In this document: piece after piece, positions 54,681-64,000 of the stretch
How positions within the stretch are numbered: the stretch's first letter is position 1
Layout: every line of letters begins with the position of its first letter
Source of the DNA: Leptospira sp.
GTDB lineage: Bacteria > Spirochaetota > Leptospiria > Leptospirales > Leptospiraceae
Assembly (NCBI GenBank): GCA_034439575.1
Contig: JAWXAQ010000012.1
Coordinates: 64,001 to 128,000 of the forward strand
Direction: 5' to 3'
DNA length: 64,000 nucleotides
Notes under the pieces: model-generated
The model's input: the letters and a program-made list of their open reading frames with translations, nothing else
Told to the model about the DNA's origin: nothing
Databases searched by the model: none
Made by a program: the position numbers and the translations under genes

Positions 54681-56621
54681 ATCCGAATTTGCTTTGCCAA
54701 ACCATTCTACCATAAATTGTAAACTGGTTTGGCCACGAAACGTATTGGTTTCAAGACTACCCACTAAATCAATAGTATCAACCTTAGATATTAAATTTTG
54801 AAATTCGTCTCCTTTATTCCAAATCATATATTTCAAAGAACCACTTCCCATACAATGAAACTTTATATGTTTGCCACCACTAAGTGGAGTTAAGTGAAAT
54901 GCTTTCACAGCTTTTAAGCCTAGTTTAATATCTGGATTTCCTTGTCCAAAGGGTTCTAAATCCTTCCATTCTTTAAAGAGTTTATCATTTATTTCTTCAG
55001 GTCTGATTGTTAGATCTGTTATATAATCATATTCATTTTTATTTGAATGTGAATCATTTAACCATTGTTCTGCTTTTGTGTAAAGTATAGATTCCAGTTT
55101 GGGAATGTTTTCTAACAAAATGGAAAAACCTGCCGCTTCTGGATGGCCACCATAGTGCAAAAATAAATCAGAAAGGGAATTCAATAGTCCAAGAGCATTT
55201 TCTTTGCCATAACATCGTATAGATCCTCTCGCATCGCCATTATCAGGTGTTAAAAAAATGGCTGGTCTCTTATATGTATTAATCATTTTTGTGGCGACAA
55301 TGCCACTGACACCAGGTTCCATATCTGGCTCATAACAAAATACGATAGGTTTTTCCGTTCTTTCTGGTTTTCTTAGGAAATAACGTTCCATGCGATCTAC
55401 ATTTCTTTTGGTTCTTTCTTTTCTATCTTCATTAATTTGTAACAAATCTCTAGCACGTTTAGTGGCAATGTTTATATCTTCACTTAATAGTAGTTTTACG
55501 GCTTCTTCGGTTTTACCCATTCTTCCTGCGGCATTGAGAGCAGGGCCGATGGACCAACCCAAGTCTTTTGTGGAAAGTTTATCTTTGGATAATTTTAATT
55601 CATTAAGCAATGCTCTCGTACCAAAACGTTTGCTTTGGAATTCAGGATCTAAACTTTTACGTAAGGAAAGAATAGCTAACTTAACAATCATTCGATTTTC
55701 ACCAGTCAATGGCATCATATCTGTGATCGTACCTATACCTGCTAAATCTACTTCTTCCAATAAAGAATCATATGAACCGGGTATTTGATTGTTTTGGTAA
55801 AAAAATAAAAATCTTTCCTCATCTAACGGAATTTCATTTTTGTTGAATGTATCTCTACTTGGATAAGGGTGAAGTTGGTATTCTGCGATTTCATTTTCAC
55901 TGAGTGAAACGATTAAACCATTTCTAAAATAAGTATCCCCTGCAGGATCCTTTTTGATATAAACTTTTCCAAATTCATCACTTAACCTGAATAATATGGC
56001 ATGAATCAATTTAAAGGAAATGACAGCTGTGCAGATTTTTTTCTCAGGATATTTTGAATCAATTCGCCTTGGGCTGATTAAAAAAGTTTTTTCAGGAATT
56101 CTGATTGGTATCTCATGATGATCAAGGACTATTACTTGCATTCCCATTTTTGTCAGGGAATCAATTTCATCTCCTTGCGAAGATCCAAAATCAAGAGTGA
56201 TTAAAATATCAGGATTTATTTTCTTAATTTTTTGAATCGCTTCTGTACATAAACCATATGGATCGCTATCGGATGAGGTAACGACAGTTAATTTTAGATC
56301 TTGGAAATATGGATGTGATTTTAAAAAGAAAGCAAGTAAACAAGTGGAAGAAACCCCATCTGAATCCCTATCACCATAAAGTAAGATATGTTTATTATTT
56401 TTATGTGCATTTAGTATACATTCAACAGTTTCTAAAATGTCAGGAAGGGAAAAGGGGGAATGAAGGAATGCGAAACTCGTTTGTAAAAATTCGTGAGGAG
56501 GAAGGATTTTTAATTCTTCTCTCCTATCTACGAAGTACCGAAGTAATGGTTTTTTGGAAGTGGTTTGTGCTCTGATTTCGGCAGGAGTCGGGCCGAACAG
56601 AACCTTTGTTACATGATGCAA
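54669..56621 (-). CDS. recJ: Single-stranded-DNA-specific exonuclease RecJ
   Basis: [61 protein letters not shown]. Confidence 0.93.
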   Translation of the reverse strand: MHHVTKVLFGPTPAEIRAQTTSKKPLLRYFVDRREELKILPPHEFLQTSFAFLHSPFSLPDILETVECILNAHKNNKHILLYGDRDSDGVSSTCLLAFFLKSHPYFQDLKLTVVTSSDSDPYGLCTEAIQKIKKINPDILITLDFGSSQGDEIDSLTKMGMQVIVLDHHEIPIRIPEKTFLISPRRIDSKYPEKKICTAVISFKLIHAILFRLSDEFGKVYIKKDPAGDTYFRNGLIVSLSENEIAEYQLHPYPSRDTFNKNEIPLDEERFLFFYQNNQIPGSYDSLLEEVDLAGIGTITDMMPLTGENRMIVKLAILSLRKSLDPEFQSKRFGTRALLNELKLSKDKLSTKDLGWSIGPALNAAGRMGKTEEAVKLLLSEDINIATKRARDLLQINEDRKERTKRNVDRMERYFLRKPERTEKPIVFCYEPDMEPGVSGIVATKMINTYKRPAIFLTPDNGDARGSIRCYGKENALGLLNSLSDLFLHYGGHPEAAGFSILLENIPKLESILYTKAEQWLNDSHSNKNEYDYITDLTIRPEEINDKLFKEWKDLEPFGQGNPDIKLGLKAVKAFHLTPLSGGKHIKFHCMGSGSLKYMIWNKGDEFQNLISKVDTIDLVGSLETNTFRGQTSLQFMVEWFGKANSDLMN

Positions 56622-56929
56622 TTGCCGATAATTTTGGAACCAGATTCCACTTCGAGGCCAGGAGTTTTTATATCTCCGACAACTTTACCAGGTTTTTTTA
56701 ATTCCACTTTTTCTTTGGCTTCCACATTGCCCTTTAAATTGCCAAGCACAAGAAGTGAGCCGACTTCTACATCAGCTTCCACATCACCTGTTTCATCTAT
56801 AATCAATTTACCAGGAGAAGTGATGGTGCCTTTGAATTGACCTTTGATCTTTAGAGTTTGGTTGAAGGAAAGAGTCCCTCTAAAACTAATATCATCATTT
56901 ATGATTGTGTCTACTGATTCGTCTTTCAT
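56609..56929 (-). CDS. Bactofilin (polymer-forming cytoskeletal protein)
   Basis: Beta-helix repeats ([39 protein letters not shown]). ATG at 56929 preferred. Confidence 0.92.
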   Translation of the reverse strand: MKDESVDTIINDDISFRGTLSFNQTLKIKGQFKGTITSPGKLIIDETGDVEADVEVGSLLVLGNLKGNVEAKEKVELKKPGKVVGDIKTPGLEVESGSKIIGNCIM

Positions 56930-57077
56930 AACTTCTGGATAGGATGATGTGCGACATTTCTTTGGCAACTAGGTTCCTAAAATCCAAACATGTGATCGTT
57001 CAAAAAAGTGCGCCTTTTTGGTTTTTTACTGTTGAATCCTGAGTTTCACCTCAGAGAATGGAAGTGGGCGTTCGTTT

Positions 57078-57404
57078 TTGAAATTACAACAGGTTTTAGA
57101 TACATTTTTTTTAATCATACTCGCCATTTTCATCAATGTAAATGTCATTGATGATCGTTTTGTATCCCCATTAGAAGACTTAAGCCACCAATACCAGTCC
57201 TACGAATTAGAGGAAACCACGCGCATTCTTTCTGTCGCAAGTAAGAAACAAGATCAATTTAAAGTAAGTCTAAGTTTCAAACTTGAGTATCCTGAGAATC
57301 AAACGACAGTGCTCGTAAAATTCCCCAAAGACTGTTTTTATAATTTTGCTACAAATTTACTCAAATCTCACTATATTAGTCTCCCGCCACCTAGTTTGGT
57401 CTGA
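57078..57404 (+). CDS. Hypothetical N-terminally anchored protein ending in LPPPSLV (possible leader/arrest peptide)
   Basis: TTG start, hydrophobic N-terminus, C-terminal PPP. Lies 66 bp upstream of czcA. Confidence 0.6.
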   Translation: MKLQQVLDTFFLIILAIFINVNVIDDRFVSPLEDLSHQYQSYELEETTRILSVASKKQDQFKVSLSFKLEYPENQTTVLVKFPKDCFYNFATNLLKSHYISLPPPSLV

Positions 57405-57470
57405 TTCTTGCTTAATAATTGGTAAGACCAAACCAATTCAAATTTTAACATAGGGGAGGTTTTCGGAATT

Positions 57471-60400
57471 ATGTTAGAGAAAATCATACAATTTTCCATT
57501 CAAAAAAGAGCGACAGTTCTCGTTATCACGGCTGTCCTAACAGTCGTCGGATTTTATAATGCCTTACATCTTTCTATTGATGCGATTCCAGATGTAACAA
57601 ACGTCCAAGTATCGGCTGTCACATCCGTTCCAGGTCTTTCCCCTTTGGAAGTGGAACAATTTATCACATATCCCGTCGAACTAGAGTTTAACGGGATGCC
57701 TAAAGTAACAGAAATTCGATCTATCTCACGAACTGGTGTCAGTTCCGTTACAGTCATTTTTGAAGATGGAACAGATATTTATTTTGCCAGACAATTGGTA
57801 AATGAAAGGTTAAAACAAGCTGAAAATTATATTCCTAAATCTTATGGTCGTCCTGAACTATCACCAATTTCCACAGGTCTTGGTGATATTTATGAATTTG
57901 TTTTGGTTTCAGAAACTCATACACCGGAAGAACTTCGCACGACCATGGAGTGGGAAGTCGCCCGTCAGCTAAGATCCGTTAAGGGAATCATCGATGTTAA
58001 CGTTGTGGGTGGAGATGCGAAACAATTTCAGATCAAAATCGATCCAAGACGTTTATTATCCTTAAATTTAACTCTATCTCATATCACAAAAGCATTAGAA
58101 GGTGCGAATATCAATTTGGGTGGTGGGTACATCCAAAAAGGCGAAGAACAATTTGTGATTCGTGGAGAAAGCCAATTTAAGTCTATCGAAGACATTAGTG
58201 CTTTATCTGTTAGGACTTCTAAAGACGGAATTCCGATTACATTGGCACAAATTGCTAAAGTAGAAACTGGTCCTGCTCTCAGATTTGGTTTATCCACAAA
58301 AAACGGAAAACGAGAAGTAGTGAGTGGCACAGCGATGATGTTACTTGGCAGTAACTCACTCGAAGTTGTAGAAAGAGTAAAACTAAAAATGAAAGATATC
58401 GAATCTCGTTTGCCAAACGGGATGAAGATTGAAGTTTATTATGATCGTTCAGAATTTATTGGACGAACTCTTTCTACAGTTTTTACGAATTTAGTTGAAG
58501 CCGCAATCATAGTCCTTGTTTGTTTGATTCTCACTTTGGGGACAGTCAAGGGTGCGGTCGCAGTTGCCTTGGCCATTCCCGTTTCTATGCTCATTGCTAC
58601 CATCCTAATGAATGCCTTTGGTATCGTTGGAAATTTGATGTCACTTGGAGCACTCGACTTTGGTTTACTGGTCGATGGTTCTATCGTAATGCTTGAATCC
58701 ACCTTACATGGGTTTATTGTCCGTAAGAGTTTTTTACTGACTAAAAATACAGCCCAAGATATGGAAGATGGGATAGAAGAAGTCATCACTGAGTCTTGTA
58801 TGAAAGTTGTACGCGCATCAGCATTTAGTGTGGGAATCATATTACTTGTTTATCTACCTCTAATGACCTTGGAAGGTGTGGAAGGGCGTATGTTTCGTCC
58901 TATGGCCATAACCGTAGCCTTCGCCTTAGGTGCCGCTCTTTTGTATTCGATTACTACGTTTCCCGCTTTAATGACTTTGATTTATAAGAAACCTTTGCTT
59001 CATGAATCCGTATTTTGGGAAAAATTCCAACATAAGTATTTTGATATTTTAACTTACGGCATGAAGTTTAAAAAACAATTTGCACTGACTGGTTTAGGCT
59101 TAGTGTTGTTTTCTTTGTTAGTTGGTGGTTCACTTGGATCAGAATTTTTGCCTCGCATTGATGAGGGTGAGATCGCTGTGGATATCAAACGTCTACCTTC
59201 CACTGCCATCAATCATTCCAGAGATTTAAATTTAGAGATAGAAAAAGTTTTATTAAAATTCCCAGAAGTGATCTCAGTTGTTTCTAAACAAGGAAGAGGT
59301 GAATCCGCCGCTGAACCCATTGGCTCTGAAGAAGGTGAGGCGATGGTAAAGCTTAGACCTAAAAAAGAATGGGTCACCGCCAAAGACCGCGAACATCTGA
59401 TGGAACAAATGAAACATGCCATCAATGACAGTGTGCCTTCCTCTTATATAAGTTTATCACAACCCATCGAAAATAGAGTGAATGCATTGTTATCTGGTTC
59501 CAAAGCAGATATCGTTATCAAAATTTATGGTGATGATCTTAAGACCCTAAAAGGTATCGCAGACAATTATGCATCTAAAATCAAAAAGATCAATGGTGCA
59601 GGTGACTTAAGGGTTCAAAAACTTCTTGGGTTACCTTTGTTAGAAATCAAAATGAATCGCTCTAAGATGGCACGTTATGGTGTGCGAGCCGAAGAAGTAT
59701 TAACTACCATTGAAACACTTCGAGTCGGATTTAATGCCGGTAAGGTGTATGAAGGATACAAACGATTTGATTTGATAGTCCGTCTTGATGCCGATGTGCG
59801 TGACATCGACGTGATAGAAAATGTACCCATCATGACAGAGTTAGGTGGCACGGTACCTCTTGGGCAAGTGACTGACATTGTTATGACAGAAGGGCCTGCG
59901 GCACTTTACCATGAAGGTTTAAAACGAAGGATACTTGTAGAAGTAAACGTTCGTGGTCGGGATATGATTGGTTTTGTGAATGAAGTGCAGGCTGCGACAA
60001 ATGCAATCGAAACAAATTTACCCGATGGCTATTATGTGGATTGGGGTGGTCAGTTCGAAAACTTCACAAGAGCCAAGGCAAGGCTTGGCCTTGTAATTCC
60101 AATTGCCGGTGCCATTATTTTTGCTATGTTATTTATCGCATTTGGCAGCGTCTATTATGCCTTAGGTGTTTTTATGCTAGTGCCCCTTTCCTTATCAGGT
60201 GGAATTTTATCCCTTGTCCTTCGGGGTTTACCATTTTCTATCCCCGCAGGTGTTGGTTTTATTGCTGCTGCTGGAATCTCGGTCCTTAACGGGGTGGTGT
60301 ATGCCTCGGCATTGAAAGACCAACTGAAAATTACTAAAGATCCGAGTAAGGCCGTTGTCGAAGCTGCAGTCTATACACTAAGAGCTGTGGCCACAACAGA

Positions 60401-60728
60401 ACTTGTGGCGATCATAGGATTTTTACCAATGGCGATTGCTTCGTCTGCTGGTGCGGAAGTGCAAAGACCACTTGCGACTGTGGTCATGGGTGGGGTTCTT
60501 GTTGCGACCATCCTTTCTCGATTTTTGTTACCGATCGCGTTTGAGTTCTTAGTGAAATTAGCACAAAAACAAGAATTGAGACAAGCCCAAAGAGAAAAGA
60601 AGATGAATGAATATTTTTTACAAGAAATGAAAAAAATCCATGATGAAGATGATTTAGAAGAAGAAAGTAAGCTAGAAGAGCAAATTTCTCCCAAAAAATC
60701 GCAGAAAAAAAAGAAGGATAAAGAATGA
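57471..60728 (+). CDS. czcA: CzcA/CusA-family heavy-metal efflux RND permease
   Basis: [14 protein letters not shown]4 [19 protein letters not shown] (the DFG-D-E form typical of CzcA-type divalent-metal pumps), [12 protein letters not shown]. Strong GGGGAGG SD. Confidence 0.93.
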   Translation: MLEKIIQFSIQKRATVLVITAVLTVVGFYNALHLSIDAIPDVTNVQVSAVTSVPGLSPLEVEQFITYPVELEFNGMPKVTEIRSISRTGVSSVTVIFEDGTDIYFARQLVNERLKQAENYIPKSYGRPELSPISTGLGDIYEFVLVSETHTPEELRTTMEWEVARQLRSVKGIIDVNVVGGDAKQFQIKIDPRRLLSLNLTLSHITKALEGANINLGGGYIQKGEEQFVIRGESQFKSIEDISALSVRTSKDGIPITLAQIAKVETGPALRFGLSTKNGKREVVSGTAMMLLGSNSLEVVERVKLKMKDIESRLPNGMKIEVYYDRSEFIGRTLSTVFTNLVEAAIIVLVCLILTLGTVKGAVAVALAIPVSMLIATILMNAFGIVGNLMSLGALDFGLLVDGSIVMLESTLHGFIVRKSFLLTKNTAQDMEDGIEEVITESCMKVVRASAFSVGIILLVYLPLMTLEGVEGRMFRPMAITVAFALGAALLYSITTFPALMTLIYKKPLLHESVFWEKFQHKYFDILTYGMKFKKQFALTGLGLVLFSLLVGGSLGSEFLPRIDEGEIAVDIKRLPSTAINHSRDLNLEIEKVLLKFPEVISVVSKQGRGESAAEPIGSEEGEAMVKLRPKKEWVTAKDREHLMEQMKHAINDSVPSSYISLSQPIENRVNALLSGSKADIVIKIYGDDLKTLKGIADNYASKIKKINGAGDLRVQKLLGLPLLEIKMNRSKMARYGVRAEEVLTTIETLRVGFNAGKVYEGYKRFDLIVRLDADVRDIDVIENVPIMTELGGTVPLGQVTDIVMTEGPAALYHEGLKRRILVEVNVRGRDMIGFVNEVQAATNAIETNLPDGYYVDWGGQFENFTRAKARLGLVIPIAGAIIFAMLFIAFGSVYYALGVFMLVPLSLSGGILSLVLRGLPFSIPAGVGFIAAAGISVLNGVVYASALKDQLKITKDPSKAVVEAAVYTLRAVATTELVAIIGFLPMAIASSAGAEVQRPLATVVMGGVLVATILSRFLLPIAFEFLVKLAQKQELRQAQREKKMNEYFLQEMKKIHDEDDLEEESKLEEQISPKKSQKKKKDKE

Positions 60729-61348
60729 AACCGAATTACTACGTAGCACACCCTTGGCATGGATTGGAACTTGGACCCAAAGCTCCAGATGAATTGGATG
60801 TTTTTATCGAACTCACTCCACAAGATCCAGTCAAATATGAAATTGATAAAGCTTCTGGCTTCATTCGTGTCGATAGACCACAAAAATATAGCAACCGTTC
60901 ACCGACACTTTATGGTTTTATCCCAAGAACTTATTCTGGCGAAGCATCGGGCAAACATTGTTCAAAAGTTATAGGTCGGGATAATATCCAAGGAGACGGA
61001 GATCCTATAGACATCTGTGTTCTTAGTGCTAGTCCAATTAACCATGGCAATACGATACTTTCTGTGATCCCGATCGGTGGACTCAGGATGATCGATAAAG
61101 GGGAAGCTGACGATAAAATTATCGCTGTTTTAAAAGGTGATGAAGTGTTTGGTTTAATGAAAGAAATATCAGATGCACCTCAAGCTCTTATCAATAAACT
61201 TCATCACTATTTTTTAACTTACAAACTTGATCCAAATTCTCCCTCAACGGGAACTGTTGAAATTGCAGAAGTGTATGGCCGTGAAGAGGCATTACGTGTG
61301 ATACAATTTGGTATAGAAGATTATATTAAGAAGTTTGTTACCGTATGA
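60725..61348 (+). CDS. ppa: Soluble inorganic pyrophosphatase (family I)
   Basis: [43 protein letters not shown]. Confidence 0.95.
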   Translation: MKPNYYVAHPWHGLELGPKAPDELDVFIELTPQDPVKYEIDKASGFIRVDRPQKYSNRSPTLYGFIPRTYSGEASGKHCSKVIGRDNIQGDGDPIDICVLSASPINHGNTILSVIPIGGLRMIDKGEADDKIIAVLKGDEVFGLMKEISDAPQALINKLHHYFLTYKLDPNSPSTGTVEIAEVYGREEALRVIQFGIEDYIKKFVTV

Positions 61349-62658
61349 AAAAAAAGTTTCTACTTTATTCTAGTCTAATTTTTATTTCAAGCTTACTTAC
61401 GTTAAACGCAGGTGAGAACGATGAGAGAAATATGGCGCCACTTTTTGTTGGTGATGATACGAATCTTCAAAACTTGGATGCAAAATGGAATTTAGAAGAG
61501 TTAGAAGCATTTGCCGTTTCAAGCAATCCATTGTATCTTCGTGAAAAACAAAATATTGGTATGGCTCGTGGAGATATTATCACTGCGAGTTTATATTATA
61601 ATCCTTTTGTGAACATGCAACAGCAGTTTATGGGTGCTCGTGCGAGTGCCGCAACTGGAATGCCGGAAACTTCGATTATTTATAACCAACCTTTTGATAT
61701 GAGTGGGGTCATTCCCCAAAGAGAAAAAGTCGCCAAACAAGAATTTATGGCGACGATTGCTAGTTTTAATGATTTTGATCGTTTGTTTCGATTGCGATTG
61801 CGCCAAAACTTTTGGACATATCTTTATGTAACGGAACAAATCAATTACCAAAAAGAATTCTTAGAAAATTATCAAGATTTACTGGACCTAACAAAACTTA
61901 GAGCCGAGAAAGGTGATATTTCCTTTTTGGAATATGACCGTCTAACTTTGGAGCGGATTCAGATCGACAGGGAGTATCGAAATGCCCGAATTTTAAGAGC
62001 ACAAGTTGTCAAAAATTTACGTGTACTTATTGGTATTCCTGATACTTCTGTACCTTTGGAAGTGAAAGGTCGTTTAGAGTTTTTTTCCACTAAGGATTTC
62101 GGGATTGATCTTACTGATTTTAATGTAGAAAATCGTCCAGATTTAGTAGCATTAAAAATTCGCCAACAGCGCGAAAGAATGAACATAGAATTAAAAAAGA
62201 GAGAAGTCATTCCTCCTTTAACTCTTGGGATCGAATATTTGAATAAGGGAAATGAAAATGTAACGGGCATATATGCGACGACTCCGTTACCTCTTTTTGA
62301 TAGAAAACAAGGTGAAATTTTAAAATTCGAAGAATCTCATAAAAAACTAGGCTTTGATGTGGAAGCCAAAAGAAATGAGATTGTCACAGAAATTTCCGCA
62401 GCTATTAAAGAATTACAAGCCCGCGAATCTCAGCTTCTCGAATATAAAGCATTTAATTTAATCAATAAAAATAAAGAAGTCCAAGAGAAATCAAGGTTAG
62501 CCTATATTAGGGGAGCATCAAACCTAGTTACTTTCTTAGAGGCTGAGAAAAATTACCTCAACGTATTACGCAGTTATTATGAAATTATTTATCTCTATTA
62601 TAATGCCTTGGAAGCATTTCGTGCTTCTGTAGGAAAAATGGACGCATCAGATTTATAG
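61345..62658 (+). CDS. TolC/CzcC-family outer-membrane efflux protein
   Basis: Signal peptide, RPDL, PLPLFDRKQG, helical heptads. Confidence 0.9.
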   Translation: MKKKFLLYSSLIFISSLLTLNAGENDERNMAPLFVGDDTNLQNLDAKWNLEELEAFAVSSNPLYLREKQNIGMARGDIITASLYYNPFVNMQQQFMGARASAATGMPETSIIYNQPFDMSGVIPQREKVAKQEFMATIASFNDFDRLFRLRLRQNFWTYLYVTEQINYQKEFLENYQDLLDLTKLRAEKGDISFLEYDRLTLERIQIDREYRNARILRAQVVKNLRVLIGIPDTSVPLEVKGRLEFFSTKDFGIDLTDFNVENRPDLVALKIRQQRERMNIELKKREVIPPLTLGIEYLNKGNENVTGIYATTPLPLFDRKQGEILKFEESHKKLGFDVEAKRNEIVTEISAAIKELQARESQLLEYKAFNLINKNKEVQEKSRLAYIRGASNLVTFLEAEKNYLNVLRSYYEIIYLYYNALEAFRASVGKMDASDL

Positions 62659-62666
62659 GAAAAATT

Positions 62667-63854
62667 ATGGCCAATTCAATTTTAAAATCAGCATTGTTTC
62701 GTAAAGCGAGTATTGGTGTATTGCTTGTTAGTTTAGGATATTTTGGTTATGTGAAATTTTTTGCTTCTGGTAAAAAAACAGAAAGTCTTTCTGAAGATAA
62801 ATCCAGATTCAAAATTTCAGAAGAAATACAAAAGAATCATCCATTTTCAGTGGTTTATTTAGAAGAAAGAGCTGTTGAAGAAGAATTGCAATTGCCAGGC
62901 ACAGTTTCGTATGACATGAATAATGTGGCAAAAGTAGGATCTAGAGTCAATGGACGTATCCTTTCAGTATTTGTAAAAGAAGGCGATCGCGTCAAAAAAG
63001 GCACGCCCTTGGCATCCCTTCAGTCTATAGAACTTGGATCAACAGAAGCTAATTACCTTAAGGCGAGAGCTAGACTCGAAGCTTTAAAAGTACAAGCCGA
63101 TCGTGCTAAAGAATTATACGAAAAAAAAGTAACCTCTGCCAAAGAATATGAAATGTCGCTTATGGATTATAAATCTGTAAAAGCGGATATGGAAACAAGT
63201 AGAAATGCATTAGAAAACTTAGGTTTAAATGATGCTGAAATTTCAAATTTGGAAGCTGGAAAATACAATTCCAAAAATTTATACATTCGGACACCTATTT
63301 CTGGTTCAGTGACAGTCCGTGAGGCTATCATTGGCCAATCTGTAAATGCTCGTGATAATCTTTTTACAGTCGCCGACTTATCTGTGTTATGGATCAATCT
63401 GGAAGTATTTGAAAAAGATCTTAATAGCATTCGAAAAGGAAACGAAGCAAAAGTCATTCCTATCGGTTCATCCAATGAAGACTCATTGAAAGCTGTCGTT
63501 TCTTATGTATCCGAAATCATCGATCCTGTGAAAAAAACAGCTGAGATTCGACTCGAAGTTCGTAATGCAAATGGCAAACTAAGGCCTGGACAAAGTGTAA
63601 CCGCAAGTGTAAAAGGGATGATTGCGGAAAATAATTTGAATAAAATTCGCGTTGTTCCTACGGAATGCATTCACAAAATAGAAGGCGAAAATTTTATTTT
63701 TATCAGAAACACCGATGCCTCCTTTACGGCAAAGAAAGTCACCCTTGGTAAATCGTATGAGAATTGGGTGGAGATCAAATCTGGTGCGGAAGGCACAGAT
63801 GCGATAGTGAAAGATGGATCTTTTGTTTTGAAAAGTGAATACCTAAAATTATAA
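62667..63854 (+). CDS. CzcB-type RND periplasmic adaptor (membrane fusion protein)
   Basis: VKEGDRVKKGTPL lipoyl half-motif, IRTPISGSV, VADLSVLWI, LRPGQ. Confidence 0.92.
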   Translation: MANSILKSALFRKASIGVLLVSLGYFGYVKFFASGKKTESLSEDKSRFKISEEIQKNHPFSVVYLEERAVEEELQLPGTVSYDMNNVAKVGSRVNGRILSVFVKEGDRVKKGTPLASLQSIELGSTEANYLKARARLEALKVQADRAKELYEKKVTSAKEYEMSLMDYKSVKADMETSRNALENLGLNDAEISNLEAGKYNSKNLYIRTPISGSVTVREAIIGQSVNARDNLFTVADLSVLWINLEVFEKDLNSIRKGNEAKVIPIGSSNEDSLKAVVSYVSEIIDPVKKTAEIRLEVRNANGKLRPGQSVTASVKGMIAENNLNKIRVVPTECIHKIEGENFIFIRNTDASFTAKKVTLGKSYENWVEIKSGAEGTDAIVKDGSFVLKSEYLKL

Positions 63855-63897
63855 TTTTTCATTGACATAACATACATTTCCTATTCTTCTGTTAAGT

Positions 63898-64000
63898 ATG
63901 AAAGACCTTACAGAAAAACAAGAACTGGTGTTACAATACATCACAGATACGGTGAGAGAGAAGGGTTTCCCACCTACCATCCGTGAGATTGGTGACCAGT
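63898..64000 (+). CDS. lexA: SOS repressor LexA, N-terminal part (runs off the window; not in ORF track)
   Basis: Translation MKDLTEKQELVLQYITDTVREKGFPPTIREIGDQ matches the LexA DNA-binding-domain start (LT.KQ...GFPPT.REI). Confidence 0.9.
   Translation, partial: MKDLTEKQELVLQYITDTVREKGFPPTIREIGDQ

Noticed and set aside
63855-63897. LexA operator upstream of lexA
   Set aside because: No convincing palindrome, and no TTTG-N5-CAAA-type box, in the 43-bp gap.
1-64000. CRISPR array, tRNA or rRNA genes, prophage
   Set aside because: I saw no regularly spaced repeats, cloverleaf-like segments or phage hallmark genes. Intergenic spaces are short.

Overview
A 64 kb AT-rich bacterial chromosomal segment, very probably from Leptospira. 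This assignment is an inference from citramalate synthase cimA, a long three-domain IspG, a DUF1554/Len-type lipoprotein, a 7TM-DISM adenylate cyclase, and a nuo operon lacking nuoG and nuoI. The first ~13 kb look accessory: two paralogous MenA/UbiA-type prenyltransferases around an ABC exporter with a lycopene-cyclase-domain membrane protein, a Zn-motif SDR, an IS1595-family transposase remnant, a Len-like lipoprotein, a DJ-1/PfpI protein, and a HemN-like radical SAM gene coupled to a CoA-disulfide-reductase/rhodanese homologue that lacks both catalytic cysteines. The rest is mostly core genome: purL, fur/perR, mutL, an ECF sigma factor, hpf, GH57, a SET-domain protein, ribH-nusB, a DEAD-box helicase, an amidase, ispG, mutY, cimA, pth, rarA, nuoA-F/H/J-N, mtnD, recJ, a bactofilin, a czcA-ppa-czcC-czcB cluster and the 5' end of lexA. 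Missing from the ORF track but visible in the sequence are a 49-aa ORF before ribH, the lexA 5' end and a Flavo-1-like structured RNA/repeat. There is also a possible PPP-arrest leader with an anti-SD structure upstream of czcA. I saw no tRNA, rRNA or CRISPR array. All family calls come from motif recognition by eye; no searches were run.
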